DNA of 64,000 nucleotides, taken from NCBI RefSeq assembly GCF_964194025.1, contig NC_134477.1:16802001-16866000 (forward strand), read 5' to 3'. Below the pieces are notes generated by a model. That model was not told the origin of the DNA. It did not search any database and saw only the letters and a list, made by a program, of their open reading frames with translations. A program made the position numbers and the translations under genes. This DNA is from Convolutriloba macropyga (taxonomy: Eukaryota). Below are positions 52,691 to 64,000 of the stretch, piece after piece (positions within the stretch are counted from its first letter, which is position 1; each line of letters starts with the position of its first letter).

Positions 52691-53499
52691 CTGATCGTTT
52701 AGCATGGTGCGTCTCCCAAACGTTTTATTCAGCTGATCATCAAAATTAGGGTTCCTGTCATATTGCAACCCTATTAGGGTTCCTGTCATAGGGTTCCTGT
52801 TACAAGGCATCTGCAACAGTTTTGTTTTGTTATAACTTTGTTCTTTTATAAGAGATTACAAATTGGAAATGTTTGACAAAATTGATTTCGATTTTCTTTC
52901 AAAAGTAAGTTTGTCCATGTCTACATGTTTTTCTGTTTCTGCAAGATTTCTTTCACTTGTGGAAGTGATCTTCTTTCCCGCCCACAAAGAACATATTTTG
53001 CCATCAGCGAACTGAATAACTTTCCCCCTTGTGAATATGTTAGTTGAAAAACCATTCACATATTAGTAAAGATATATGTCCTAAAACAGTTTCCTGTGGC
53101 ACATCGTGATTTACATCTTCCTAATAAAAAACTAGCAATTAATTTTTGAATTTTGTCTGACGTTAATCAAAATAGAAGGTTGCATTTTTTTTGTTTCTTG
53201 CGAAAATCCATAAAACTCAATTTTTATAGGTAAAATTCCATATAAAATGGAATTATAAGCATTCTCGGAAGCTCTAAAAAAAGCAACAGTTTCTTTCATT
53301 TGGTTAAATATAGACAAAACTTTCATTTTATTGTAAAATTTCACTCCGCTCCCCCAGAGCTACCGTCTTTTAGTCCCCACCAGCTGCCACCAATCGGTTG
53401 ATAGCAGTTCGCTCGACATTAGTCGATTGTTATTATTGAAATATTTGTTATGTTTCTGATGCTTCTTACTGTCAAATTTCGTACGTATACATGAGAGTT

Positions 53500-54432
53500 G
53501 ACTTTGACAGACTTCCGTTTTAGGGGAAGGGCTATCTCACGCTAGGCATTGATGCTAACACCGAAATAGTAGCTAACACACAGATTTCTCAAAGGCTTTT
53601 GACAATGTACCTAATTTTGATCTTGCAAAGAAGCTTGCATTCATCGGGGTAGCTGCCTGCATGCTTAAAATTCTAGATTGTTGAAATCAAAGTAAACAAT
53701 TAGTTTGCTTTGACAATTTTAGTTCAACGGTACGATGTGTAAAAAATGGTTTGCAAGGCTAACTGCGTGGTGCGATTTCGTTTGCATCTTTTAATTGATT
53801 TGCCTGATGTTCTCGCTTTTGCTGACCTGTTCGTTTTTTGCCGATGCTTTTATCTCTTAAATCCTTCTGGGAAATTTTCGTATCTGCAGACCTAAACTGG
53901 AAGTTTTATACAGAAGAGAAAATGAAAGCGGCCAAAAAGTTTTGCATCCTTTGAGTGGACTCGTGTGCTGTAAGATTTGTGTCAAGCTGGATCTCAACAA
54001 GTCTTTCATACTGTCTGTCTTGCCATACGGCTTCATTTATATAGCAGTAAATCGATCCGAGATAGTTTTGATAAAGAAATGTCAAAAGAATGCAGTAAGA
54101 TGGACAACTGTCATAAAAGACTAGAGCGAACAATTGAAATTTTAAAACAAATTACGGTCGCCAGTGTTTATCCATCTAAATGACCTCTTATTTTTCAAAA
54201 CTGATGACAGAGAATGAATTGATTAAGCTGCCAGTAAGGAAAATGGAGATAAACGGACACATGAATATCTCGAACTTGAATAAAACAAGAACAGAAAAGG
54301 CGCGAACTGAATTTGTTTTCAGAACTTGTAGAATTCTGAACAAAATTGATATATTGATTTCTGCAAAAGAGCGGGGTTAAAATGAAGAATTGTAGAATTG
54401 ATGTGGAAGTTTTTCCAAATATCTCAGAGAAC
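53500..54432 (+). mobile_element. CR1/L2-type non-LTR retrotransposon RT remnant, 5' part
   Basis: TDFSKAFDNVP at about 53578-53612, a DLPDVL..FAD-like segment at about 53797-53850, and a KSFILSVLPYG..ERTEFVFRTCRILN-type 3' region. Heavily disrupted. Confidence 0.7.
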
Positions 54433-54459
54433 CTGACGATGAACTCAGAGTTCGAAAAC

Positions 54460-54495
54460 CTGACGATGAACTCAGAGTTCGAAAACGTTCGTAAG
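54460..54495 (+). ncRNA. Minimal hammerhead ribozyme motif in the 5' pseudo-LTR
   Basis: CTGACGA-T-GAACTCAGAGTTC-GAAA-ACGTTC: CUGANGA core, stem II, GAAA, palindromic AACGTT stem III, UUC site at 54488-54490. Confidence 0.8.
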
Positions 54496-54821
54496 AAAGT
54501 TTTAAATTGACAATCCTTTTTTTAAATCTTGATCAAATATGTCAATTCAACAAGCCGAAGCCCAGGAAAGGGGCAAGTTGAGTTTTCTATGTCATTTTAG
54601 CTAGATCAACATGGAACAATTACATATTGAAGAATGGTGCATATTCTGGCGGCAAGTTCGCTTTTCCATGCATTAAAGCCTAAAAACAGCAAACATCCAA
54701 AACTGTTACTCCCGACCGTGACCGCCATTCCGGGTCTTTCGTTCAATCCAAATTCCAAAAACGCCGAAAAGAACATAAGAAACGCCTGGGCAAGGGTCAC
54801 CTGACAGACGGCAGTGATTTC

Positions 54822-57559
54822 GTGAATTGGCACGACAACTTGAACAACTCCATCACCCCTCACAAACGAACAAACGACAACAGGCCGTGTGATGTAGAGG
54901 AGTTGATTGCCTTTTTACAACGTCATTCGGATAGAATCAAGGCGATAGTTTACTGTCAAAGTGATCCAGTCAACGAAGCATTTGGTGTCAAGACGAAAGC
55001 AAAAGAACACCAACATTATCAGCAGATACTTCCAACTACATCAGGACCCCGACATTGAGCTTAGATCACTGGGGTTAGGGTTGAAATATCAATCTAATCT
55101 ACGGAAACTGCTGAAAAAGAACAAGGGAAAAAGGAAACTGTGCAAAAATCAACGGGAGGCAAAGAAAAAGCGAATGCTCAGTGGTTAGTGATAGCATCTC
55201 TTGGTGTTCGCTCACCGCTCAACCTTCAGCTATGCTTAAACTGCCAAGATGTTGGCTGAGAAAAATTTTGCAAAACAGAGACTGTGGGAAACCATACTTG
55301 GATTTAGATAACCACCTATTGCCCTCCGTAATTTTTGTTTTGCGCAACCGAGTTCGCAACCATGTAGTTAAATCTGAACGAAGACTGCAGGGAAAACTTG
55401 CCAAACTTTCTGAAAGGCAAGACAAGCCGCTAAGAGCATCTAATGAGAAGACTGTAGTGGTTCTAGATAATATCATTTTGCCGGGATTCGTCAGGTTCTT
55501 GCTCGCTTTTGGCCCAAAGCATCCAATAAGGGACAAGTTTAAGAGTTGCATTTCTTGGTGGACATAGACAGTTTGATGAGAAATCTGCGTGAGAGCAATG
55601 AACCAGGTGAAAAACTGTTCGAAATTGAAGCGGCAGTAAAATTGTACTCAAAAAACTTCAGAGAAACACCTTTAGATAGAACCTTAGCAAAAGTGCAAAA
55701 ATATCTGCGTGACAGCGCCCTGATTGCTGTTCCTTTTGATAAAGGTGTAGGGTTTTATGTTATGAAAAAGAGCACGTACGCAGAAAAACTGGAAAAAGTT
55801 TTAGATTGCGAACAGTTCAGAAAACTTGAAAAGAGTTGTGATATCGTAATGAAAAATGAAAAAGAACTAAGCAAAGAACTTTTGGATATGAGGAAAAAAA
55901 GGGAAGATACCGGTTAAGGTTCACGAAGCTTTAAGGTCCACTGGAGCGCAACCGGCAAGGTTGTATGGATTAGCTAAAGTACACAAAAAGGAAACCCCTC
56001 AGACCTGTTCTCTATCCTGGGAAATTGTTATCATAAACTTGACAAGTTTCTAACACCCTTTTTCCAAAAGATTGAAGGAGCAAACATAGAAACTAACACC
56101 AATGACGCACGAAAGACTCTGGAGCAAATAAAACTTGAAAAAGACGAACAAATCCTATCATTAGATGTAAAAAGTTTATACACCAGCGTTTCTGTAAAGG
56201 AAGCCATTAACAGTGCCCTGCGATCGCTTTATGCTAGGGACGATAAGCCAGACATACCTAGAACAACAATGAAACGTCTGCTTGAATTAGCCGTCACCAA
56301 CGTCCATTTCAAATGCAATGAAAGTTGGTACTGTCAGAAGAACGGGTTGGCAATGGATGTTTCCTTGGCGGTGATTTTGGCAAACCTTTGGATGAAATCA
56401 TGGGGGCCACAACTGAAATTACAGACACCTAAATGTAAAACCAACACACAATCTAGCACTTGTCGCAATTGCGAACACCGTGTGACAGAACGTGCCAGGT
56501 GTGTTGAGTTTGAAGTTTGTAATAGATGGTTCCACGCAAAATTTCAGCAAATCAGTAACACAGAATATGATAGCATGGAAAACCAGTTCTGGATGTGCTC
56601 ATTCTGTCGTGAAAATGATCAGACTGACATAAAAGGTTTTCTAAGATATGTCGACGATATTGTGAGAACAGTTAGAGGTGACACAAAAGAGCTGTTAGAT
56701 GCGGTCAATAACCTCCATCCAAATCTCTAATTTACATTAAAAACAACAGATGACAAAAACAGTTTGCCATTTTTGGACATGTCAATTAACGTACAACCAG
56801 AGGGTAACATTTTTTGCACATGGTATCAAAAACCATCAGATAGTGGAACAATTCTGAACTATCGTAGCTGTGCACCCCTACAACATAAGAAAAGCATAAT
56901 ACAGGGAACAATACACCGCCTGTTCCGAGCCACCAGCAATTGGGAAGCATTCCATGAAGCATTGACAAAAAATGAAAAAAATTTGGGAAATTAATCAATA
57001 TCCTAGGCATTGGGTAGGGAATATCGTCAAGGATACAATTAACCAGCTGCGAATGAAAGAACAAAGAAAAGGACAGATATAACGCGGGTGTAGCCGTAAA
57101 ACAATAGGGAAATACTGAAACAACAATTGGTATTACAGTACAGAGGCAACATCTAATGAATTTGTAAAGAAGTTGAACAAAATTCATCATGTACAGACGA
57201 TTTTCACCACTCGGAAACTTAAGAGCTGTTTACCTAGCCTCAAGTCTAGCTTTGATAAGGATGTCAAATCCCACGTGGTTTATGAACTCACTTGTAATGG
57301 ATGTAAATCCATCTATGTAGAGCAGACATGCCGACATATTACCACAAGGGTTGCAGAGCATGCCAAGGCGGACTCATCGATGGGAGTACATGCAATCGAA
57401 TGCAACGGTGATTAAACAGCTTTCCAGTGGAAGATATTAGATCAATGCAGCAACCAATCTAAGTTGATGACACTAGAGGCGCTCTATTTAAGAACATTGA
57501 AACCAGCCATCAACACTCGCGTTGAATACCGAACACGAGAATTGACACTGAAAGCTTAG
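54822..57559 (+). pseudogene. Penelope RT-GIY-YIG endonuclease ORF, frameshifted, with an in-frame PHD finger
   Basis: LAFGPKH, VPFDKGVGFYVM, RLYGLAKVHK, SLDVKSLYTSV, QKNGLAM..SLAVILANLWM, FLRYVDDI, LPFLD, WYQKP, and VVYELTCNGCKSIYVEQT.RHITTRVAEH...LEAL..RTLKPAIN. The 5' boundary is approximate. Confidence 0.92.
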
Positions 57560-57849
57560 TTTGGGGATGAAAATCCAACTTGAAAGACACGTTAAGAAAC
57601 GAAAATTTCAACTTTACAATTGAACAAAACTGAAGTAAGTTTAAAGCAATATATGCAGGTAGTTTAATAAAAAAACATGTCGATGTGCATCTGCTACATA
57701 AAATCGAAATTGTATTTTTACTCAGACGTAAATGTTTTGTAGATACGATTGTAGATATGTAAAAATTCGTTTTAATTTTCCTTGAATGATTAATTTTAGT
57801 GATTTGCATTTTATTTTCTGGCTTTTCATTATAGCATTTTGTATTGTTT

Positions 57850-57892
57850 ATAACCTGACGATGAACTCAGAGTTCGAAAACGTTCGTAAGTT
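57850..57892 (+). ncRNA. Minimal hammerhead ribozyme motif in the 3' pseudo-LTR
   Basis: Same motif; CTGACGA at 57855-57861; predicted cleavage after C57885. Confidence 0.8.
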
Positions 57893-57918
57893 TTAAATTG
57901 ACAATCCTTTTTTAAATC

Positions 57919-58075
57919 AGAGAACAATATCGGAGCTTGGCAGTTGGGTGCGATTGTTCAGTGTGCAGAAGCAATTGTCTATATTTTAAATCCGATGACC
58001 GGGAGCATCTCCCTGCGTTCAGCAAATCAACAACAGTTTTAATTTATCCTTTTTAATTGCTCTTGAATAAAGTTC
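57919..58075 (+). mobile_element. 3' continuation of the CR1/L2-type LINE remnant
   Basis: ENNIGAWQLG then (frameshifted) CDCSVCRSN, a Cys-rich end joining cleanly to 54432 once the Penelope is removed; AATAAA near 58066. Confidence 0.6.
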
Positions 58076-58273
58076 ATAGCATTTATTGTAAATGTGTTGG
58101 TCTTTTTATGCAAATTTTTCGCTTGACCATTTTGCGCTTTTCTTCTAGAACATTCTTTGACTTCTCAAGTGACTTTTTCACGCTTTCATTCTTTATTTTT
58201 GAGGGATCTCTAATGCTCTCACTCTGAAGTAAAGCTTGTTGCTAAAATGAAATTGTTTGCAGCACAACAAGAA

Positions 58274-58356
58274 GGGCATGATAGCCGAGAGGGCCGTGCT
58301 TCTGGTCAGGGAGCGGGAGGTCAATGGTTCGAATCCCGGCGTGGTAAACTATTTTT
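58274..58356 (+). mobile_element. tRNA-derived SINE head or tRNA pseudogene (Pol III A and B boxes)
   Basis: A-box-like TAGCCGAGAGG at 58282-58292, B box GGTTCGAATCC at 58326-58336, T5 at 58352-58356; no good cloverleaf. Confidence 0.55.
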
Positions 58357-58671
58357 GCTCATCCTTAACGACAAATTTATCTTGGCTGCAGTCCCTGAAT
58401 TAAATTGCCTGTTTTTCAAGAGCAATTCTTTCGACATGTGTTGGTTTATGTTTTATTTAGAAGACTAGCAATCTTTTTGAGTTGCGAAGCGTTTTTAAAT
58501 TTATTTTTGGCTTGTCTTTATGTAAACTGTTATGCGTCAATTTTGCGAAGTGTTTCGTGTAATGTATTCTAAGTGACAAAAAATAATTTGGATCCTCAAG
58601 GAGACTTCGGCAAATCTTGTTCTGCTGCTTTTCAGATTCAATGGTACTTGATTAATATCATATTTAAAAAG

Positions 58672-59287
58672 ATGTCTTTTGCTATTTATATAGTAAAAGT
58701 TGTATTCTTGGGCTCATTTTTCTTCACTTGTTCTATTTCATTGACGTTCTATAACAAATGGTTGTTCCAGAACTTCCATTTCCCACTCACTGTAACTTTT
58801 ATCCATTTCCTAACGCAATTTCTTGGTGCAGCTGTGCTTAGAACGATAATGTCACCCTGTTGCTGCAGTTCTAATCAACCGGTTGTGCTAAATTGGACGC
58901 TTTATATGAAAAGAGTTTATCCAGCTGGAATAGCTGCTGCTTTAGATATTGGATTAAGTAACATGTCATTGATGTTTATTACTGTGTCGCTTTACGTCAT
59001 GTCGAAGACAACATGTGTAGTTTTTGTTCTGATTTTCGCTGTCTTACTGAGGCTTGAAAGTCCACGCGTAACAACTTTATTAGTGGTAATATTAGTGAGT
59101 GGGGGATTATTCTTGTTTACATATAAATCAACGCAGTTCAACTTAGGAGGGTTCATCCTGGTAATGAGTGCTTCTTTTCTCAGTGGACTTAGATGGGTTC
59201 TGTTGCAGATGATAACTCAACGAGAAGAAATTGGTTTGAAAAATCCAATTGATACAACATATCACATGGCTCCAGTCATGGCTTTAG
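58672..59287 (+). CDS. SLC35C2: Solute carrier family 35 member C2 homolog, first coding exon (partial gene)
   Basis: SISLTFYNKWL..FHFPL, ALDIGLSN, ITVSLYVMSK, GGLFLFTYKSTQFN.GGF, GLRW, GLKNPIDT match SLC35C2. Acceptor ttttcag ends at 58635, ATG at 58672, donor AG|GTACGC at 59287/59288. Later exons were not recognised in the window. Confidence 0.92.
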
Positions 59288-59899
59288 GTACGCATGTTTA
59301 GTTTACTTGAAAAGAATAAATTTTTATTGTCGGTTAAAAGAAAACTCAATCTGAAAAGGTAGTAGGTCGGTCAAATCGGGGAAATATTATTAGAAGATTT
59401 TACTTGTTGCATCTTTCGATACGTCGTCAATCGATGCAAACCTTTTTCTGAACTAGGAAAGCAATGCCCCTAGAAACACGCAAATGACTGTTATGCTTAC
59501 TTATAACAATATGGATTTCAAATGAAAAGCAAAGCTTTAAAGATTGACCGGAAGCATTAAAATTTCTTCCAGGAGTTATTAATAGCTGCGATATTGTAGC
59601 TATTATTGGCCGTCTTTTTAAAATCCAGGTGATTTGATTCGCATTGGGGCACTGTCTTTTTTAAAGGCTGCGAATTAACTCCTCTCGGTTTGACAACTCG
59701 AGGAAATATTGGTTTTTAACTGACGAAATTTGAAGCAATATTAGTCCTACAGGTCTTTCATACTACTATACGTTTCTTCTGAGGGCATTAAGTTCTCTTA
59801 GATGCCTTACGGCTCTCTAGTCTCTGATCTGAGTATACGATTCACCGAAACTGTTTACGTTTAGAGATACGAAAATAAGATTAGCTTCAATTCATGGAA

Positions 59900-60300
59900 A
59901 TGACAATACATAATTTTTAACATCAAGTCGAGACTAACTCCAATCTCGGGTTAATGGGCGCTAGAACAATTGAGATCTGTGCAGAATCGTGGAATCACTA
60001 TGAATGACAGCCTCACCTGGAAGCAACATGTAGAATTGCGGACTGGTAAAGCTAATAAGTTAAAAGACACCACATTAAAAGAAACATTAAATCTCCTGGC
60101 GGTTACTACGCTACTAAATTTCTATAAGAGTACGCCAATCTTAGCATATGGATCTAACTGCTATATGCCTTCGAAGTCTGACATGCGACTCTTAGAAAAA
60201 TTTAGGAAAAAATTTCGAAATGCATCCTACCGAATCTTAATTAATGCGAACGACTATGATCCTTAAACTTATTAACTCTAAACCAGTACATTCTGCTCAG
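59900..60300 (+). mobile_element. Short CR1/L2-type LINE RT remnant in the SLC35C2 intron
   Basis: GITMNDSLTWKQHVE...KANK...LLNFYKS.PILAYGSNCY.PSKSDMRLLEK is typical of the post-RT region of CR1/L2 elements. Confidence 0.7.
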
Positions 60301-60474
60301 ATTTTTTCTCGGTATTAATAGCCACACAACAATATCTGGGGCTATTATTGGCCTTCTTTTGGTTTTTTATTTCATCGTCGCGACTTTTATTACGACCATA
60401 TGGCGTCACATCCACTTCAAATCTGCTTTTTGTTCATTCGTTCATGCAATTTAAACTGAAGTGCGTCGTTTTTC

Positions 60475-60800
60475 GCTCTTAGTGGAGCGAGTTTTCATTC
60501 GCGTGATCAATTTTTTGGCCATACTTGACTTACCTCACTCTCAAAAATGACTCCCTCACTTTGAAATTGACTTTTATTTACTTTAGTTCAAAGAGATAAG
60601 GTCAAATAGGTATGTGTCACTCTAAATAAAGGTTCTTTGAGAGCAGCTAATAGAGGCAGCAAAAACTTATACAGATTTTAAATCAAAATATGACAGAAGA
60701 GCCTTCAATGAAAAGACGAATTTTTTGGGTCCGTCTTACTGTTTTTTTGAGACTGCGGGTCTACGAAGCTATTGCGGTTATTTTCTGGCAATCTCGCAGC
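60475..60800 (+). repeat. Diverged dispersed repeat (also about 62900-63220; weaker match at about 3780-3920)
   Basis: Shared GGAGCGAGTTTT...TTACCTCACTCTCAAAA...CTCTAAAT.AAGGTT...TTTTTGAG.CT colinear blocks. Confidence 0.55.
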
Positions 60801-63800
60801 TATTATTATTCAATTGTTAAATTATTTAACAATTGTTATGCATTCAACATAAGCGAGCATATTAATATTGTGCAACGACGGTCTAGTTATCGGTTTGTGT
60901 TGCCTGAAATCAAAAAGGAGTTTTAATGGTCAAATGGTTTTTTTTATTGAGCTACATACAGAGCAAACATCATTGATTCAAATGTGAAATTCTCTCAACT
61001 TGTCGGACTATTGAGAGAAAAATTGAATCTTAATCTTGATGTGGAGATACTTCAGTTTTTTTTTCAATATTGAACATTTGTGTTCCATAACATTCATCCC
61101 ATACCATCCATTCTTTCTAAAAAAAATGACGTTCATCAATCAAATAAACTTTCATAACTTAAACTAGAATGTTTCCTTTGTACTATCTATCTAGCTGGAG
61201 CTGTCCCTCTCTTTTGTGGATATAATAATAGTAATAATGATAATGATAATAATTCATAGTTTGAAAGGCAGTTCTTAGAGTTTGACACCCTCCCACTTAA
61301 CCCCCAATCGCTTAACCCTCCCACCTCCATTTAATCCCGCGTGCTCACAATCCACCTTCTCTCCAATCCCCATGCTGACTCTCTGAATAAAGATAAAGTC
61401 AGCCTCCCTAAGCCTCAGCTGGCCACTAACGAAACCAACCGCTCGCCAGTCGTTTAAGAGCTATTCTCCCTACTTACTCGGTTATGTTCTACCGGTTTTT
61501 TTTATGTTCAGAAGCCCCATGTGTTCAGGCGACTCAAAAGCGAAAGCCAGTAAAATTGCTGTGAACTAATTTTTGCTTAGCAAGGGAAGTTCATGCGCTC
61601 TGTTAAGTGATGTTCATTGTTAACTTTTTGACTGTGAGTTGTTTTCGACAGAATGGTGAATATAGCTAACTAGTTTTGAACCGTTTTTTCTTCCAATTAT
61701 CTGATATATTCTTTTAGTTAAATTTTGTGGAAATATTTTTAGTCTCCAGTTGATATTGCATAGTTTTTTCAGAGCAATAAACTTGTTGATTTTTTTCCTC
61801 TTTCAATGATGTAATTGCTCAAATTTTTCTCTTTTCAACAGTAACATATTAGGCTACAAATTTTCGTTGGCTTTGGCGAAGCAGAGTGCTTTTTTATTAT
61901 TGGCTTCAATGACAGTTTTTTCTCATTTTAAGTTTTGCCCGTTCTATATTTGAATTTTTTGTTGTTTTGTTTTGTCCTTTTACCGAATGATGAATGGTGT
62001 TGCTGTTTTATTCAGGATGTTTTGATGCTTCGAGTTGCTTTCGGAATCCTGTTGGCTAGGTTTTCGATTTCGTATTCAAGATTTTTGTAATGAGCTGTTA
62101 AGTAAACGTTAAATTCGAATGAAGTGATTAATGCTCTTTTTTTATAGTCACGTTTTTCTCGTCGTCCTTTTTGTTGCATAATTTCTCATATGTAGGATTT
62201 TAATTTAGTCTATTAATGAAAGGTTGCATTGCTTATATAAGAAGTAAGAAGACATAAATGAGCCTATTGAATGTTCAGCCGATAGTTAATGATTTGTTCA
62301 ATGAAAATTAGTTTATTTTGTAGTTTCGCTTGTCAATTTTTGCCATTAATGAAAAATTCCTCTCGTTTTCCAGGTAGGCATAACTTAATGCTATGCCTAT
62401 TTAATGTTTCCAGTTGATAGTTTTTTTATCTGTTTAACTTCGCTTGTGTTTTAGTCATTAATTTTTCCTCGGTTTTCCTGGCAGTTTTTTATTTAGACTC
62501 ATTTTTAATAGCTGTCATTGGATTCCTCATGAGAAATTGTTGAGCATATTTTATTTTGTTAGTTGTTAACTTAAATTTTTAAATTATTGTTTTGTTTTTA
62601 ATTTAATAGTATCAGTTAGTCCCCTTTATGACACGTTTTACAGGTTTTCTTTTATAGCAGTAAATAGCTAATGGATTTTTAAGTTTGAAACTATTTTTCT
62701 AAACTATTATTTTATTAAGTTGTATCTGTTTTGTATTTCTAATATTTGTGGTAGCTGAGTGGAATTATTATTGGCCTTTTTCTATATATTCGTTACCAAT
62801 ATTTTTGTTACAACGTGACCACACGTTTTTTTCTGATCTACTTTTTATTAATTGATTCATGCATTTTCGACTGAATTGTTTGTGACTTCATTTTCACTCT
62901 TATGGGAGCGAGTTTTAGTTTATTTGCGTCATTAAGTTTTCATTCACATGTGCTTTACCTCACTCTCAAAATAGTTACTTTTACTCAAGGAGCTAAGATC
63001 AAACAAATCACCATATGCTACTCTAAATGAAGGTTATTACTGGACAGTTAGTAAAAAATATTACATACGCTTTACAATGTCCTTAAGTAATAATAAAACA
63101 TCTCAGGATTATGTAAAAAATTGAAATGTCTGCGAGCTTTTTTTTCAGTCTTTTTGAGGCTACAGTTATACGGAGCTATGGCAGTTATTTTCTGACAGTG
63201 TCCCAGCTATGTTTTGCTGTCTTGGTCGCAATAAGTACAGGTCTCAGAGTTATTCTAAGAAGTCGTAATTTAATCTTTTCAAGGTTTCAGTTTATAGCTG
63301 ATGTTTCTTTTGAATTGGGGAATATTTGTTTTCGAAGTTTTTGTCAATTGTTTAGTTCAGCCTTTTTAATTTATTTTTGTCTTTTCGTCGAAAAATGTTA
63401 TGCTTTCTGAGCTGCATACAAGTGGTCGATTATTAACGACAAATCAAAATTTCCGTGTTACTGAAACTGCACAACTTAATGATCGATGTCCATTCACAGC
63501 ACGGAGAAAATTTGTGTACCAGACAAAATTAACTTGGAATTTTTTGATGAAGTGCTACGCAGAGGAGAGCAGATGTACATTGCGCAATATATGATGACTG
63601 GATACTGCAACATCAATCAAGAACTGACTAATCTAGAAAACTTACAACCGCGAGGAATGAACTAAGAATACTTATCTACTAGTCTACTACTCTTGATATA
63701 TATGAACGAGGAAGAGTTAAGGACGCATTATTGAACGAAATTAATCAGGCAGGCGAGTGGAGGAATAGAAACTAAATATAAAGCTTGCAAACGGAAGTTG

Positions 63801-64000
63801 CAACATGACATTAAGAGACAAAAGTCACTATTTGTCATCAACTTTACGAAGCACGAAAAATGAATTTTATCGTGTTAGATTTTTCAATCATTTGCTTTCC
63901 TGATGGAGGTTGAACGAATAATCTGGTGGCTAATTATCCTTTGCTTGAATTATTTTCGATACGTGAATTGTTTCATGACTCATCAGTTTTTACGAATTAA

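Larger units (their letters stand above)
54430..57918 (+). mobile_element. Penelope-like element with direct pseudo-LTRs, inserted into the LINE remnant
   Basis: Direct terminal repeats at 54430-54528 and 57852-57918; TCAGAGAAC duplicated at 54424-54432 and 57917-57925 (TSD with microhomology); internal RT plus GIY-YIG coding remnants. Confidence 0.93.

Noticed and set aside
52747-52800. Telomeric TTAGGG seed
   Set aside because: Only isolated TTAGGG hexamers inside a longer 12-15-bp motif, not a tandem telomeric tract.
58573-58671. N-terminal extension of the SLC35C2 ORF from GTG at 58573
   Set aside because: No similarity to the family; a splice acceptor ending at 58635 and the ATG at 58672 explain the structure better.
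61500-62900. T-rich strand-skewed region as an antisense LINE or pPolB remnant
   Set aside because: No recognisable protein motif could be read by eye; compositional skew alone is insufficient.

Overview
AT-rich eukaryotic (invertebrate-type animal) genomic window made up almost entirely of mobile-element-derived DNA, with two host-gene fragments. Left to right: a 32-bp minisatellite bracketed by a ~95-bp direct repeat; a minus-strand terminal exon of a membrane protein (possibly PGAP1-like); a full-length but coding-dead LTR retroelement (6395-14137; AATAG TSD, tRNA-Asn-type PBS, PPT); two assembly gaps; a decayed Polinton/Maverick (adintovirus-like) virion module on the minus strand (integrase, penton, small basic protein, major capsid, a membrane ORF, protease) with an initiator-tRNA-Met-like sequence beside it; a ~29-kb array of 38 head-to-tail ~775-bp units built from the 5' end of that integrase and its upstream DNA; a CR1/L2-type LINE remnant interrupted by a Penelope-like element (RT plus GIY-YIG, hammerhead-bearing pseudo-LTRs) whose RT has a PHD finger inserted between motif B and the YVDD motif; a tRNA-like Pol III element; and the first coding exon of an SLC35C2 homolog. 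The most unusual observations are the virus-derived macrosatellite and the PHD finger inside the Penelope RT. All family assignments come from recognising motifs by eye; no database searches were run.
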